In this document: positions 34,865-45,400 of the stretch, piece by piece
How positions within the stretch are numbered: the first letter of the stretch is position 1
Layout: each line of letters begins with the position of its first letter
Source of the DNA: an uncultured Eubacteriales bacterium
Lineage (GTDB): Bacteria > Bacillota > Clostridia > Christensenellales > UBA1242
Reading direction: 5' to 3'
Length of the DNA stretch: 64,000 nucleotides
Assembly (NCBI GenBank): GCA_900551855.1
Contig: URXM01000001.1
Location: 125,804 to 189,803 of the forward strand
Position numbers and translations under genes: made by a program
The notes under the pieces: generated by a model
The model's database searches: none
Seen by the model: the letters and a program-made list of their open reading frames with translations, nothing else
What the model was told of the DNA's origin: nothing

Positions 34865-36245
34865 GCAAATTGAGATGAAAAAAGAAGAACAACAAGTAGA
34901 ACAAATTGAAAACACTGAATCTACTGAAAGCGTTGATGTAAAATCAAAGCAAAATTTTTTTTCTCGTCTTAGAACCAAATACAAAGCAAAACAGATTGAG
35001 AGATTAAAAAAAGAAGCTCTTTCTGATGAAGAAAACAAGAAAGTAGAAGAAAAGCTTGAAGAAGTCACAAAAGAAGTAAACGAAAAAGCAAAAGACAAAC
35101 GAAAGAAAATAATGAATGTCGTCTATTTCGTTTTCAACATTTTGTTGGTTGCTGGGATCCTTGTTTGGAATATTCTTTCTAGTGACGATTTTACTCCTTT
35201 AAGAATTGTTGATATAAACTTTTTATATATATTTATAATGTTGTTGTTTCTTTTTATTATTGTTGTTGTTGATGTGTTTTCTGTACACAGAATGATATAT
35301 AGAAAAACTTTGCGCTCGAGATGGTTTTTGTCTTACAAATCTTTGGGTATTTTAAGATATTATGATGCTGTGACCCCAATGTCAAGTGGTGGTCAGGCTT
35401 TTATGGTGACTTACCTTAATGCAAGAGATATACCAGCTTCAACATCTCTTTCGATCCCTATTTCTAAGCTTGTTTTTCAGCAAATAGCATGGCTTATTGT
35501 GACTTCTGTATGTCTTATAACATCTTTTACAAACGGAATGTCTCAAAGCTTTGTTTCTGCAGCAAGTATTATCGGTTTTTGTTTGGCATTTTTGGTTGTT
35601 GCGTTTATTTTGTTTGTTTCTTTGTCAAAAAAACTTGGGGAAAAACTCGTCTCAGGAAGTTTGAAATTGCTTGTAAAAATGCGTATTTTGAAAAATTATG
35701 AGAAGCATTATGACAAAGTTATGAATTTTGTTCGCGATTATCAAAATATCATGAAAGAGTATAGCAGATCTAAATGGGATGTTTTATACCAGATTTTGTT
35801 GCATGCTATAAGATTTGTTTTGCTGTTCTCTATTCCATATTTCATTTATTTGGCTTTCCCTTATCAAGGCGGGAAACTTGGTAATTATGGAGATTTCTTC
35901 ATCTATGCAGCATTGATTGATTTGGCATCAAGCTTTATTCCTCTTCCAGGTGGAACTGGTATGAATGAAATTACATTTGCGGCTTTGTTTAAAGATTATT
36001 TGGGCGGTTATACTTTCTGGGCATTGCTTTTGTGGAGATTTTGCTCTTACTACTTCTATTTGTTGCAGGGGATTGGAATTATTTCTTATGATACAATTTA
36101 TGGAAATAGAAAATATCGTTGGGTAAAAAAGAAGTTTGAACTCCAAGAAGAGAGCTTGGAATTTAAGAAAATACAAATAGAAAATTTTAGACAAGAAAGA
36201 AATAAGAGAAGAAAAAAACAAAAAAAAGTATTTAAAGCAGAATAA
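34863..36245 (+). CDS. flippase-like / lysylphosphatidylglycerol-synthase TM-region family membrane protein
   Basis: Charged N- and C-terminal tails and about 8 TM helices. The motif YDAVTPMSSGGQAFMVTYL is typical of the family. The start is 34863 or 34875. Confidence 0.65.
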   Translation: MQIEMKKEEQQVEQIENTESTESVDVKSKQNFFSRLRTKYKAKQIERLKKEALSDEENKKVEEKLEEVTKEVNEKAKDKRKKIMNVVYFVFNILLVAGILVWNILSSDDFTPLRIVDINFLYIFIMLLFLFIIVVVDVFSVHRMIYRKTLRSRWFLSYKSLGILRYYDAVTPMSSGGQAFMVTYLNARDIPASTSLSIPISKLVFQQIAWLIVTSVCLITSFTNGMSQSFVSAASIIGFCLAFLVVAFILFVSLSKKLGEKLVSGSLKLLVKMRILKNYEKHYDKVMNFVRDYQNIMKEYSRSKWDVLYQILLHAIRFVLLFSIPYFIYLAFPYQGGKLGNYGDFFIYAALIDLASSFIPLPGGTGMNEITFAALFKDYLGGYTFWALLLWRFCSYYFYLLQGIGIISYDTIYGNRKYRWVKKKFELQEESLEFKKIQIENFRQERNKRRKKQKKVFKAE

Positions 36246-36273
36246 TAACAAATTCAAAGTTTAAACTATTGTT

Positions 36274-36813
36274 ATGAGAAAAAATAGTTGTACAGGTTTG
36301 ATATTTGCTGTTGTTATTCTGTCTTTTTTATTTGTCCTATCGCTTATTTTGGGTGCTACAGGCTATTATTTTTCAATATCCTATATAAATTCCGATTCTG
36401 ATCTAACTGTTGGCGATTCTTTTTCTATTGGAGTGAAATCAAATCAATCAAATGTTGCTTCTTTGACATTTTATGGTTCTTATTTGCCAGGAGAGATGAT
36501 TCCGCAAACCATTCAAATAAATGCTCAAGACTTAAATTCTGACATGAGAGTAAGAGTAAAAGCGAAAATTTTTGGGAAAAATCAAGATGAAACATTTGAT
36601 TTCGTGACATCAGAACATTTTGAAAAATCAGAAGATGGATATTATTATTATGACGATGTATTGCGAGGAGGGAACAAAATTACTTTTTGTACATATTTAA
36701 TTGTGCCAGAAGACTCAAACCTTGTTAGTAAAGAAAAATACATTATCACTTTTGTGGTTGAAACTCTTGAAACTAAGTATGACGAGCAAAATATTTGGAA
36801 AAATGTCCAATAG
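36274..36813 (+). CDS. secreted or membrane-anchored hypothetical protein (weak TasA/camelysin-like pattern)
   Basis: N-terminal TM/signal sequence. The motifs MRVRVKAKIFG...DGYYYYDDVLRGGNKITFCTYLIVP...ITFVVETLE are reminiscent of SipW-cognate TasA-like proteins. This assignment is tentative. Confidence 0.4.
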   Translation: MRKNSCTGLIFAVVILSFLFVLSLILGATGYYFSISYINSDSDLTVGDSFSIGVKSNQSNVASLTFYGSYLPGEMIPQTIQINAQDLNSDMRVRVKAKIFGKNQDETFDFVTSEHFEKSEDGYYYYDDVLRGGNKITFCTYLIVPEDSNLVSKEKYIITFVVETLETKYDEQNIWKNVQ

Positions 36814-36882
36814 TGTTGAAATTTGTTGGACTTTTTTTACTGTAATAATATAAAATATATCTAAATAGAGAAGGAGTTTTAA

Positions 36883-37212
36883 ATGGAAGATAAAAAAGTT
36901 GTTATACCACCTCCACCAAAAGAACTTAGGAACATGCCACCACCTCCACCAGCTTTTAGAAATGAAAAAGGTGATGATCCTAAAAATGCAAAAACAAACG
37001 ATGTAAATAACAAGTCTGTTGAAAATCAAGGACAAACTGTTGTGTCCAGGACAGAACAATCTCAGAATTTAACAGAAAATGTTAAACCTGATACAAAAGT
37101 TGAGAAAGTTAAGAATAAACCTAGCGGTGGGCTTAAAACTGCTTTTTATTGGATAGGTTTTGTTGTTTCTTTGGCAGCTCTTGGTATTTTGATTTTTATG
37201 CTTGTAAAATAA
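36883..37212 (+). CDS. proline-rich, tail-anchored membrane protein
   Basis: RBS GGAG lies 8 nt upstream. It has PPPP and PPPPP runs (VIPPPPKELRNMPPPPPAF), a polar linker and a C-terminal TM helix (FYWIGFVVSLAALGILIFMLV). Confidence 0.55.
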   Translation: MEDKKVVIPPPPKELRNMPPPPPAFRNEKGDDPKNAKTNDVNNKSVENQGQTVVSRTEQSQNLTENVKPDTKVEKVKNKPSGGLKTAFYWIGFVVSLAALGILIFMLVK

Positions 37213-37233
37213 GTAATATAAAATAAAAATGAG

Positions 37234-37262
37234 AAAAGAAGTGTACGCACTTCTTTTTTTTG
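37234..37262 (+). terminator. rho-independent terminator
   Basis: Stem aaaagaagtg / cacttctttt followed by a T-run. Confidence 0.75.
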
Positions 37263-37295
37263 TTTAACAATGCCTAAATTGGGAATAGTTATTTT

Positions 37296-37757
37296 ATGAA
37301 AAAACTTTTAGTGTTTATTTTAATTTTGGCGTGTTGCATTTCAAGTGTATTTATAAAAAATGACATAAATCCAATTTTCAATTTTTCAAACATTGACAAG
37401 GTTTGCATTGTATCTGCTTCAAATTTTCAAAATGACGGCGAAATTGAATCTGTTGCTTGTGGAGACAAATATTTCAATTATTGTTCGTTGGATGTTGCGA
37501 GAACGAAGATTAGAGAATTGAAGAATGATTTTGATGCTATACAATTTTATTTGTCAGGAAATGTTGATGAATTTTTAAACAAAATGAAATTTCAGCTTGT
37601 TTCAACTTCTTTTATTGAAGGTATTGAAATTTATTATGGTTATACTCCATATTATCAAGATTGTGTTTTTGTTGATGGCAAAAAGGTTAATATGCAAGTC
37701 GCTGTTGTTGGTGAAAGTATAATAACAGGTTTTCCATTGATATTGACTGGATATTGA
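37296..37757 (+). CDS. secreted protein, possibly YwmB/DUF1779-like
   Basis: It has a signal peptide. The C-terminal VNMQVAVVGESIITGFPLILTGY resembles the YwmB-family terminus. This assignment is tentative. Confidence 0.4.
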   Translation: MKKLLVFILILACCISSVFIKNDINPIFNFSNIDKVCIVSASNFQNDGEIESVACGDKYFNYCSLDVARTKIRELKNDFDAIQFYLSGNVDEFLNKMKFQLVSTSFIEGIEIYYGYTPYYQDCVFVDGKKVNMQVAVVGESIITGFPLILTGY

Positions 37758-37834
37758 TTTAAAAATGATAAAAAATTTTTAAATTTTATGTTTAATTTAA
37801 TTTTTTGTGTCAATTATTAGTGTGTGGAGGTAAT

Positions 37835-38392
37835 ATGGAAATAAACGAAGAAGGTAAATTTAAAAGATTATTCAAAAGATATGGTGCGTTGGGTGTTGCT
37901 TGTGTGGTTTCGCTTGCCCTTGCACTTGGAATTGGTTTGGGAGTGCAAAAAGGAGAGCCTGTATCAACAAGCAGTATTCAATTTGCTTTGCCTATGACTG
38001 ATGCTGTTATTGTGAAAGATTATGCTGATGACAAGTTGCAGTTGAATGAAAGTTTAAACAGATGGGAAATTCATCTTGCTGTTGATCTTTCTTCAGAAAA
38101 TGATGCTGTTTTTTCAATCTATGATGGAATTGTAGATTCTGTAGAATCAAATTCTCTTGATGGATGTGTTGTCACAATAAGTCATTCTGATGGATTTGTA
38201 AGCGTATATTCTTCATTAAACGAAGATGTAAAAGTTTCTGAAGGTGACAGTGTAAAGAAAGGACAACAAATTGGCAACGCTTCTAATTCTGCCACAAATG
38301 AATCAAAAGATGGTGCTCATTTGCATTTTGTTCTTATGAAAGATGGTGTTGAAGTAGATCCAAACAATTACCTTGATTTGCAAAACAAGTAA
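37835..38392 (+). CDS. membrane-anchored M23 (LytM) peptidase, SpoIIQ-like position
   Basis: ATG 37835 follows GGAGG. N-terminal TM helix. HLAVD (HxxxD) and GAHLHF (HxH) metal ligands are present. It sits upstream of spoIIID as in many Clostridia. Confidence 0.8.
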   Translation: MEINEEGKFKRLFKRYGALGVACVVSLALALGIGLGVQKGEPVSTSSIQFALPMTDAVIVKDYADDKLQLNESLNRWEIHLAVDLSSENDAVFSIYDGIVDSVESNSLDGCVVTISHSDGFVSVYSSLNEDVKVSEGDSVKKGQQIGNASNSATNESKDGAHLHFVLMKDGVEVDPNNYLDLQNK

Positions 38393-38461
38393 TATGTCAT
38401 TATTTCAATTTAGTTGATTTTTAAGTGTGTTTTGTGATATTATAGCCATGTGGAGGTTGAC

Positions 38462-38692
38462 ATGGTTATTGATAAGGTAAAAGAATTGGTTGCAGAACAA
38501 CTTGGAATCTCTAAAGATACTATTACAGCTGAATCAAACATTGTTGAAGATTTGGGTGCAGATTCTTTGGATGTTATTGAAATGTTGATGACTCTTGAAG
38601 ATGAATATGGTATCACAATTCCAGATGAAAAAATTGGCCAAATCAAAACAATCGGTCAAATCGTTGAATTGATTGAAGAATGTCAAAAATAG
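38462..38692 (+). CDS. acpP: acyl carrier protein
   Basis: Shows DLGADSLDVIEMLMTLEDEYGITIPDE with the phosphopantetheine Ser in DSL. 76 aa. GGAGG RBS. There are no fab genes nearby. Confidence 0.9.
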   Translation: MVIDKVKELVAEQLGISKDTITAESNIVEDLGADSLDVIEMLMTLEDEYGITIPDEKIGQIKTIGQIVELIEECQK

Positions 38693-38716
38693 AACGAAAT
38701 CGTTCTATTTTTTTCT
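38689..38716 (+). terminator. rho-independent terminator
   Basis: Stem tagaacg, loop aaat, stem cgttcta, followed by a T-run. Confidence 0.75.
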
Positions 38717-38822
38717 TTTTATTTATTCGACAAATTATGGCATAATATGACAAGTTCTCTCATAAAAATTATTATGACAATTTTAAAGAAATTTAAATTA
38801 TCAAATTTTTATGGGAGGAGAG

Positions 38823-39083
38823 ATGAAACCTTATATAAAAGAAAGGACCCTTGAGGTCGCTCGTCATATTTCTGAAACGCAAGATACAATAAGAAAAACT
38901 GCAAAAATTTTTGGCTTAAGCAAAAGCACTGTCCACAATGATTTGTCAAAAAGGTTGCAAAAAGTAGATAAACAAATGTATGAAAATGTTCAAAAAATTT
39001 TGGATCATAATTTTGCTGAAAAACATATTAGAGGTGGAATGTCCACAAAACACAAGTATGAGAATAAAAATCGAGAATTATAA
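38823..39083 (+). CDS. spoIIID: sporulation transcriptional regulator SpoIIID
   Basis: Near-collinear with Bacillus SpoIIID as I recall it: YIKERT..V..I.ET..T.R..AK.FG.SKSTVH.DL..RL...........V..IL.......H.RGG..TK.KY. ATG 38823 follows GGGAGG. Confidence 0.9.
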   Translation: MKPYIKERTLEVARHISETQDTIRKTAKIFGLSKSTVHNDLSKRLQKVDKQMYENVQKILDHNFAEKHIRGGMSTKHKYENKNREL

Positions 39084-39199
39084 AAAATAAAAAAATATTA
39101 AAAAATAATCAAAAAATCGCAAAAAATGCTAAAAAAATTGATTTTTTTGGCATTTTTTTATAATTTTTATTTATTTTTATAATTTTTAAACAATTTTTT
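39082..39199. promoter_or_regulatory. helically phased A-tracts then T-tracts (predicted curved DNA) upstream of the giant gene
   Basis: A6-7 tracts start at 39082, 39089, 39100, 39111, 39121 and 39131. T5-7 tracts start at 39142, 39153, 39164, 39174, 39183 and 39194. Spacings are mostly 10-11 bp. The switch point is a 17-bp AT palindrome (39121-39137 / 39142-39158). Confidence 0.7.
39121..39160 (+). terminator. AT-rich hairpin, possible spoIIID terminator
   Basis: AAAAAATGCTAAAAAAA ttga TTTTTTTGGCATTTTTT forms 17 bp with one T-G pair, followed by T-rich sequence. The stem is weak. Confidence 0.45.
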
Positions 39200-39356
39200 C
39201 AAATAAAAATATTGTGAAATTTTTATATAAGTTTTTGTATGGAAAGAAAAAATATTTTAAAAATTCTAATTAAAAATTGTTAAAAAATGTTTTAAAAATA
39301 TATTTTTTGTCATTTATTTATTTTTTTAATTTTAATTAAAATTATTTTGTCAGAAT

Positions 39357-39386
39357 TTGACTTTAGGGCTTTTATTTATTTATAAT
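39357..39386 (+). promoter_or_regulatory. promoter of the giant gene
   Basis: TTGACT (39357-39362), 18-nt spacer, TATAAT (39381-39386). This leaves a leader of about 40 nt before AGGAGG and ATG 39435. Confidence 0.55.
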
Positions 39387-39434
39387 ATATTATATAAAAA
39401 TTTGCTTATTGCAAATATTAACTTAGGAGGACAC

Positions 39435-42400
39435 ATGAAAAAAGTTGCTCTGGGAATTTTAAGTGTTTTTATACTCTTGGGAGGATTGTTGTTGTCTGCT
39501 TGTGAGAAGAAAGTTTCTCTTTCTGTTTCTACGGAAGAAGTGGTAATTTATACCAATGATGAGCAAGCAGAAAATTATCTGTCAAAAGAGATAAGTGTCT
39601 CTCTTGAGAACTCTTCCTCTGGCATTAATGTTGAGATTTTAAATGGTGGAGATAGCATCCGTCTTTCTCCTGTTACTGTAAAAAATTCCAGCAATTATGC
39701 CTTCACAATTTTTGGTGATAAAAGTGGTGAAGCAGAAGTTAAGGTTTCAGCAAAGGCTGATAGCAAACAGAGCAAAATAATTACTGTTCATGTTAAGACT
39801 ATTTTGGAAGACATTGAGTTGGCACCAGATGACAGTGTTGACGGAAGAACAAATCTTTATGTGACAAAAACAGTTGGCAAAAAACTTAATGTTGAAGATT
39901 ACTTTAATCTAGAGCCTGTCACTGCAAATGTTAAGGACATCGTTTGGACTTTTGAAGGTTCTGAAGAAGAAAATTCTCAACAGTTCGTTAAAGATGGAGT
40001 TGTTTATGCAACAATTCAAAATGATGTTTTGCTTGTAAACAACGATTATGATTTGCCTCAAATAAGCTTGAGAGCATCTTTTGCAAACAACACTGCAATT
40101 TTTGGAAGTGTAAGTTTTGAAGTTTTGGAAAACAGCACTATCAATTATTTGAGTATTGATGGTAGGACCTTGTATCAAAACAACTCAGTTTCTGACAGTG
40201 AAGAAGTTTTTAATATGGTTAGAAACAATGCAAACGAATCTAGCGTAGAAGGAACTATCATCATAAATTCTCCATACGAAATCGCATTGACTCCTATTGT
40301 TTATGAAAAACTTGATAATGGTTCTTTGCAGTTGTTGTCAAGTTCCGTATATCAAAATTACTTAACATTGGAGATTGATGCTCCGATTGTTGATGAAACT
40401 GCAAATCAAATAAGATACAATTTCAGAATTGATGCTTTGGACAAGTTTTCTATAAATAAATTTGGGACTTTCTATTTTTATTTGAAAGTTGGATACAAAG
40501 ATTACAATTATGACATTGTTTCTGATGGAACAAATGCAATTTTGAACACTTACTATTCTGCAACAAGAATTGAGCTTTCAAACACAAATGGTGATATTTT
40601 AAACAATAATGTCATTGATGTTTTCTCAAATTATGCGAGTGGAAATGGATATAAGATTTCTACAACTGTTTTGCCAAGTGAAGTAGCAATTGACAACAGT
40701 ATGTTTTATATTTCTGTTGATTTGAACCAAGATGCTTTAAAACAATTGACACTTGACCTTGATAATCCAGTTTCATCTTTTGCAAAAATTTATTATCGTG
40801 GACAAGAATTGACCTTTACAAATGAGACTGGATCAAGTGTTTATACATCTTCAATGATGTTGAATGGAAGCGATGTTTATTTTTCAAGTGCTGAAAATTT
40901 TGATATCCTTGAAGGAGTAGAGTTTAACTTCACTTCAGCAAGCAATGCTGATGCAAGCACAACTCTTACAACAAATTTTTATAAAATTTCAACTGATGAA
41001 ACATTGACGGTTACAACAGAAGAAGATGAAGATTTGCCTACAACGACATATATGTCTTCAAGTATTTCTGCTGTAAAGACTCAAACATTTACGGTAAAAA
41101 TTAAAGATTTGTCAACAATCTCTGGATTGTCATTAAAGCATGATGAAAATTTAAGATTTGAGTTCTCTGATATTCAAGCAATTTCTTCAAGTTCTGATTC
41201 GGAAAATGGAATGTATGTCATTGTTAGATTTAATTTGACCCTTAATGGCTATAACTTTGACGCTTCTGTAAACTTCTGGTTTGAACATGTGACAGGAAAA
41301 GTTTCAGATAAATTCGCAGTAAGAGCATTTGTACCTTTGACATCTGCAACAATTTCTAATGCTGATAAGGCATCTTCTGATGTTTATAAAGATGATGAAA
41401 GTTTGCAAAGTTATGTTGATGTTGCTGGAATTATTGATTCAGACGACACAAGACAAAGTTTGTCTATTTCAAGATTGATGCTTGAAGCAGGAATTAGCAT
41501 TTCTTTGAATACAAATTATCAAAATGCATCTTTGTCAGAAGCTGGAATTTCTTATAGAGTTCTTACTTTTGACAATTTGATTGCGGCAGTAAAAGCAGCG
41601 GAAGGATTGCAAGATGATGAAACAGCTTTGGCTAGAGCAGAAGAAATTTTTGCTGGCAACTCTTTGGATACAATCGCTTTGGATTATAACTATTACAGAT
41701 ATTTCATAGAAAATGATGGGCTTTATTTTACAATCAACGAAAACAGATTGTCTTTGACTGACAATGAGTTTAAAGGTTATGTTTGTGTGTTGTTTAATGG
41801 TTATGATGAACAACATAATGATGTTGTGATTGCAAGATTCTTTGCTTTGGAAAGTTTCTATTCTGTAAGATATCTTTCTTCAAGTGTAAAGACAGCATTG
41901 TTATATACAACTGAAACATTGAGCCAAAATGATATTGGTATGTCTAGGGTTGATGTCACAATTTCTATGCGTCCTGATGAAAAAGCTCCTACATATTCAA
42001 ATGAAATTTCTTACTTTAGTTTTTCTTCTGCTTTGGAAGATTTTGAAGTAAGTCAGGGCGGGGCTTATTTGAAGAACAAATACTATGAGATAAGCAATAT
42101 TTCTTATTCAACATCTGGAAGATATTTCAATTTTAGAATTACTGCAAATTCTACAAATTTACAAACTTCTGTTAGAGATATTTTGACGATTTATTATCGT
42201 GACGAAAATGGTTTTGAACGCAGAACAGAAATCCAAATAGAGATAAGAAATGTAAAACGCGTTGAAAGTGTTCAGTGGCTAAACAGAACAGAAGACAATG
42301 AAATCTATTTGAATTTGACAACGACTGTAAGCAGTGAAAGAAGCTTTACTATCTCTGCTTCTGTTTCTCCAAGTGATGCGTATGATATCAATCTCGCTTA

Positions 42401-45400
42401 TGCTTATTTTGCGACATCAGGTTCAAGCAGTGATTTGGCTATTACCACCTCTTCTATTGGACAATCATTCAATTTGAACATCAATACAAGCAAGGGTGGT
42501 TATGGAAACCTTTACTTGTTGCCAAATGATATGATTAAAACGGTTGATGGCATCAATCAAATTTTGGTTTACAAATATTCTGAAGACTCTGATGGAAACA
42601 TTGTAGAAACACCTATTTATAAAAGATTGTCAGAATTAAACAGCTATTATGACAACCTTATAAACGAAAATGATGAAATTTCTACATATTTCTATAACAA
42701 TGACGGAGAAAAAATCTATTACAAAGATTTGATCGTAAAGATTTCTATTACCATTGCTGATGGTATGAGTGAAGGTACTGCTATTAGAGTTTATAATGAA
42801 GCAGATTTGAAAAATATTGATACAGCAAAATATTACAGAATTATGAACAATATCACTCTTACAAACTGGACAAGTTACAACGAATTTAGTGGTATGTTCT
42901 TTGGTAAAGATAAAAATATTACTTTGACATTTAGCGGAACAAGCCAAAGCTTTGTAAACACTCTTCTTGAAAAGGGAACTATTAAAAACCTTACTTTTGT
43001 TGGAAATGTTTTGAGCACTGGTACAGAATCCGCAGGTATTGTTGCTAATACAAACAGAGGTACAATTGATGGCGTGGCAATTGATGTTTATTACTCTGAT
43101 GGTTTGTATAAGAGCAGTACATTGGATGCAACTGCATCGTTTGTGGGTGGCTTGGTCGGAATAAACTATGGAACAGTTAAAAACTCTTATTCTTATGGTG
43201 TGACAATAAATTCTGTAAACGCATCTTATGTTGGTGGTCTTGTCGGAGAAAACTTTAACAAAATTGAAAATTGTGGAGTTGAGTTCTATAATTTTGTCAC
43301 AGATGATGATGATACCACAGCAGTAAGCAACAAAATTACTGCAAACAGTGCAGTTGGTGGAATTGTCGGCTTTGGTGGGGCTTCAAGCATTATCAACAAA
43401 TCTTATGCTTATGCTTATTCTTTGATGGACTCAAGCAGTTTTTCTATCAACAATGTTTTTGACAATAGTACAAGTGCAAAAGCTATATTTATGGCAGGAT
43501 TTGAAGCAGGGGCTAGAATAAATGAAAGTTTTGCATTTATGGGCAGTTTGCAAGCGCCTGTTCAGTCAAATACAAGTGCACAGTTTATAAATGTCACTAA
43601 CTCTTATATATCTTATTACAATTCAAGTTCGGCACAAGTTGAAACAAGAATTTTTGAAAATGCTGTGTTTGCTTATGCAAACAATTCTTACAATCCACAA
43701 CTTGGTTATGCAGACCAAACAAGTGATGACAATGTTTTGACACAATCAGACATCCCTAGTGATTATGCAAATCCAAGTGAAACAGAAACAAAATGGACCA
43801 ATTTGGTTGCTAGATTGGATAGTTCAATTTGGGAAACTGTTGATATTGATGGCGAAGTAAACTTTGGTTATATGTATCTTAAAAACACAAAACCAAGTGC
43901 ATCTGTTGATGTCTCTCAAGTCGAGATAGCAAACAATGTTTCACCTTTGAAATCTTTGAACGCTGGAAATGATAAAGGTATTTTGTTTGTTTATAATGTC
44001 AGTGCAACAATCTCTAACGCTGCAGAGCAATCTGCTTTGACAAATTATAATACAATTTCAGTGGCAGATTTGTTTGGTGTCACAGCAGAGCAAGCAAAGA
44101 GTTTGCTTCTTACAAGTGATAGTAAAAACATTTCTATAAGCACAAATTCTATTAAGATTTTGTCAAAAAATGTGGAAGAGTTTGAAATTGATGTTCATTC
44201 AAAAATGGACTTCACATCTTACAAAACATTTAAGTTTGTTGTATTGAATTTCTTACCAGAACTTGTGACAACAATTGATTCTGTTGAACTTAAAGAAGAT
44301 CAAACAGTTTTGTTGCAAACTGGTTTAAATAATTCAAGAACTGTTATGTTTAACATGAATAACACTATCTACTTAAATGGAAATGGTTATTCAACTGTTA
44401 GAGATGCATTTTCTGTTGAATATGTCTTGACTGGAAATTCTTATGAAGAAGGAACAGACGGACAAATTGTAAACAAAGATTATGTGACAATTTCTAAGAG
44501 CAACAATTCTTTGAAACTTTTGGGAAACAAAAATCATGAAAATGATGATGTGACAAGTGTTGAAGCATATGTTGTTGTTGATGACATAGCTCAAAACAGT
44601 GATTATTCAAATGCAATTAGACAACAAAGAGTAAGAAATTTTGATATTTCTGTTTATAATGGTGCAACATCTTTGGTTATTGATAACGCTACAAATTTGA
44701 TTGTAAAACCTTCTCAATATGCTGTTTTTGATGTGACTATGGAGTCAGATGCAGAAAACGACAATATTGTAGTTGGATTGAAATATGGTGAAATTGACAT
44801 TCCAAACGAATTGTCTTCAGATGAAAATTCTGCAAAATTTGTTGTTGACAGCAAACTTGTTTTGAATGTTTCTTGGACAAAAACCACAACTGACAGTGGA
44901 TTTAAATTTAGAGTTTGGGTAAAAGTTGATGATGCATGCAAACATTTGATCGAACAAAATTATACCGATTTGTCAATCAGTGTTGATGCTGCAAGTCAAA
45001 ACAAAGGACAAAATTCTCAATACGCAAAAACTATTGGGCTTTCTGTTTTGACACAGGAAATTGAAGATTTTAGCATTTCTACATACAACATTGAAAGTCG
45101 TCAAATCAAAAATTCTGTTTTGTACTTGAATCCAGCTGATGAAATTACAAATACTTTAACTCCTTCTTCTGATGCAATTATGGCAGTGACAGTTGATCCT
45201 GCTTATGCTTTGATGACAAGATTTACATTGACTTATTCTGCTAGTGGAACAGGAAATGTGGGGACTGTAAACATTTCAAAACTTGCATTTGATTCAAGAT
45301 ATGGTTATTATGTAAATTCCAACTCTACTTCTTTGATTGAAAATGGAATTGAAGTAAGTTTGACAGAAGCTGACAAGACTGGAAATGGAGTGTTCTATTT

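Noticed and set aside
39357-39434. 5' extension of the giant ORF (track start 39357)
   Set aside because: The extension contains the TTGACT/TATAAT promoter and the AGGAGG RBS. The lipoprotein signal peptide begins at ATG 39435.
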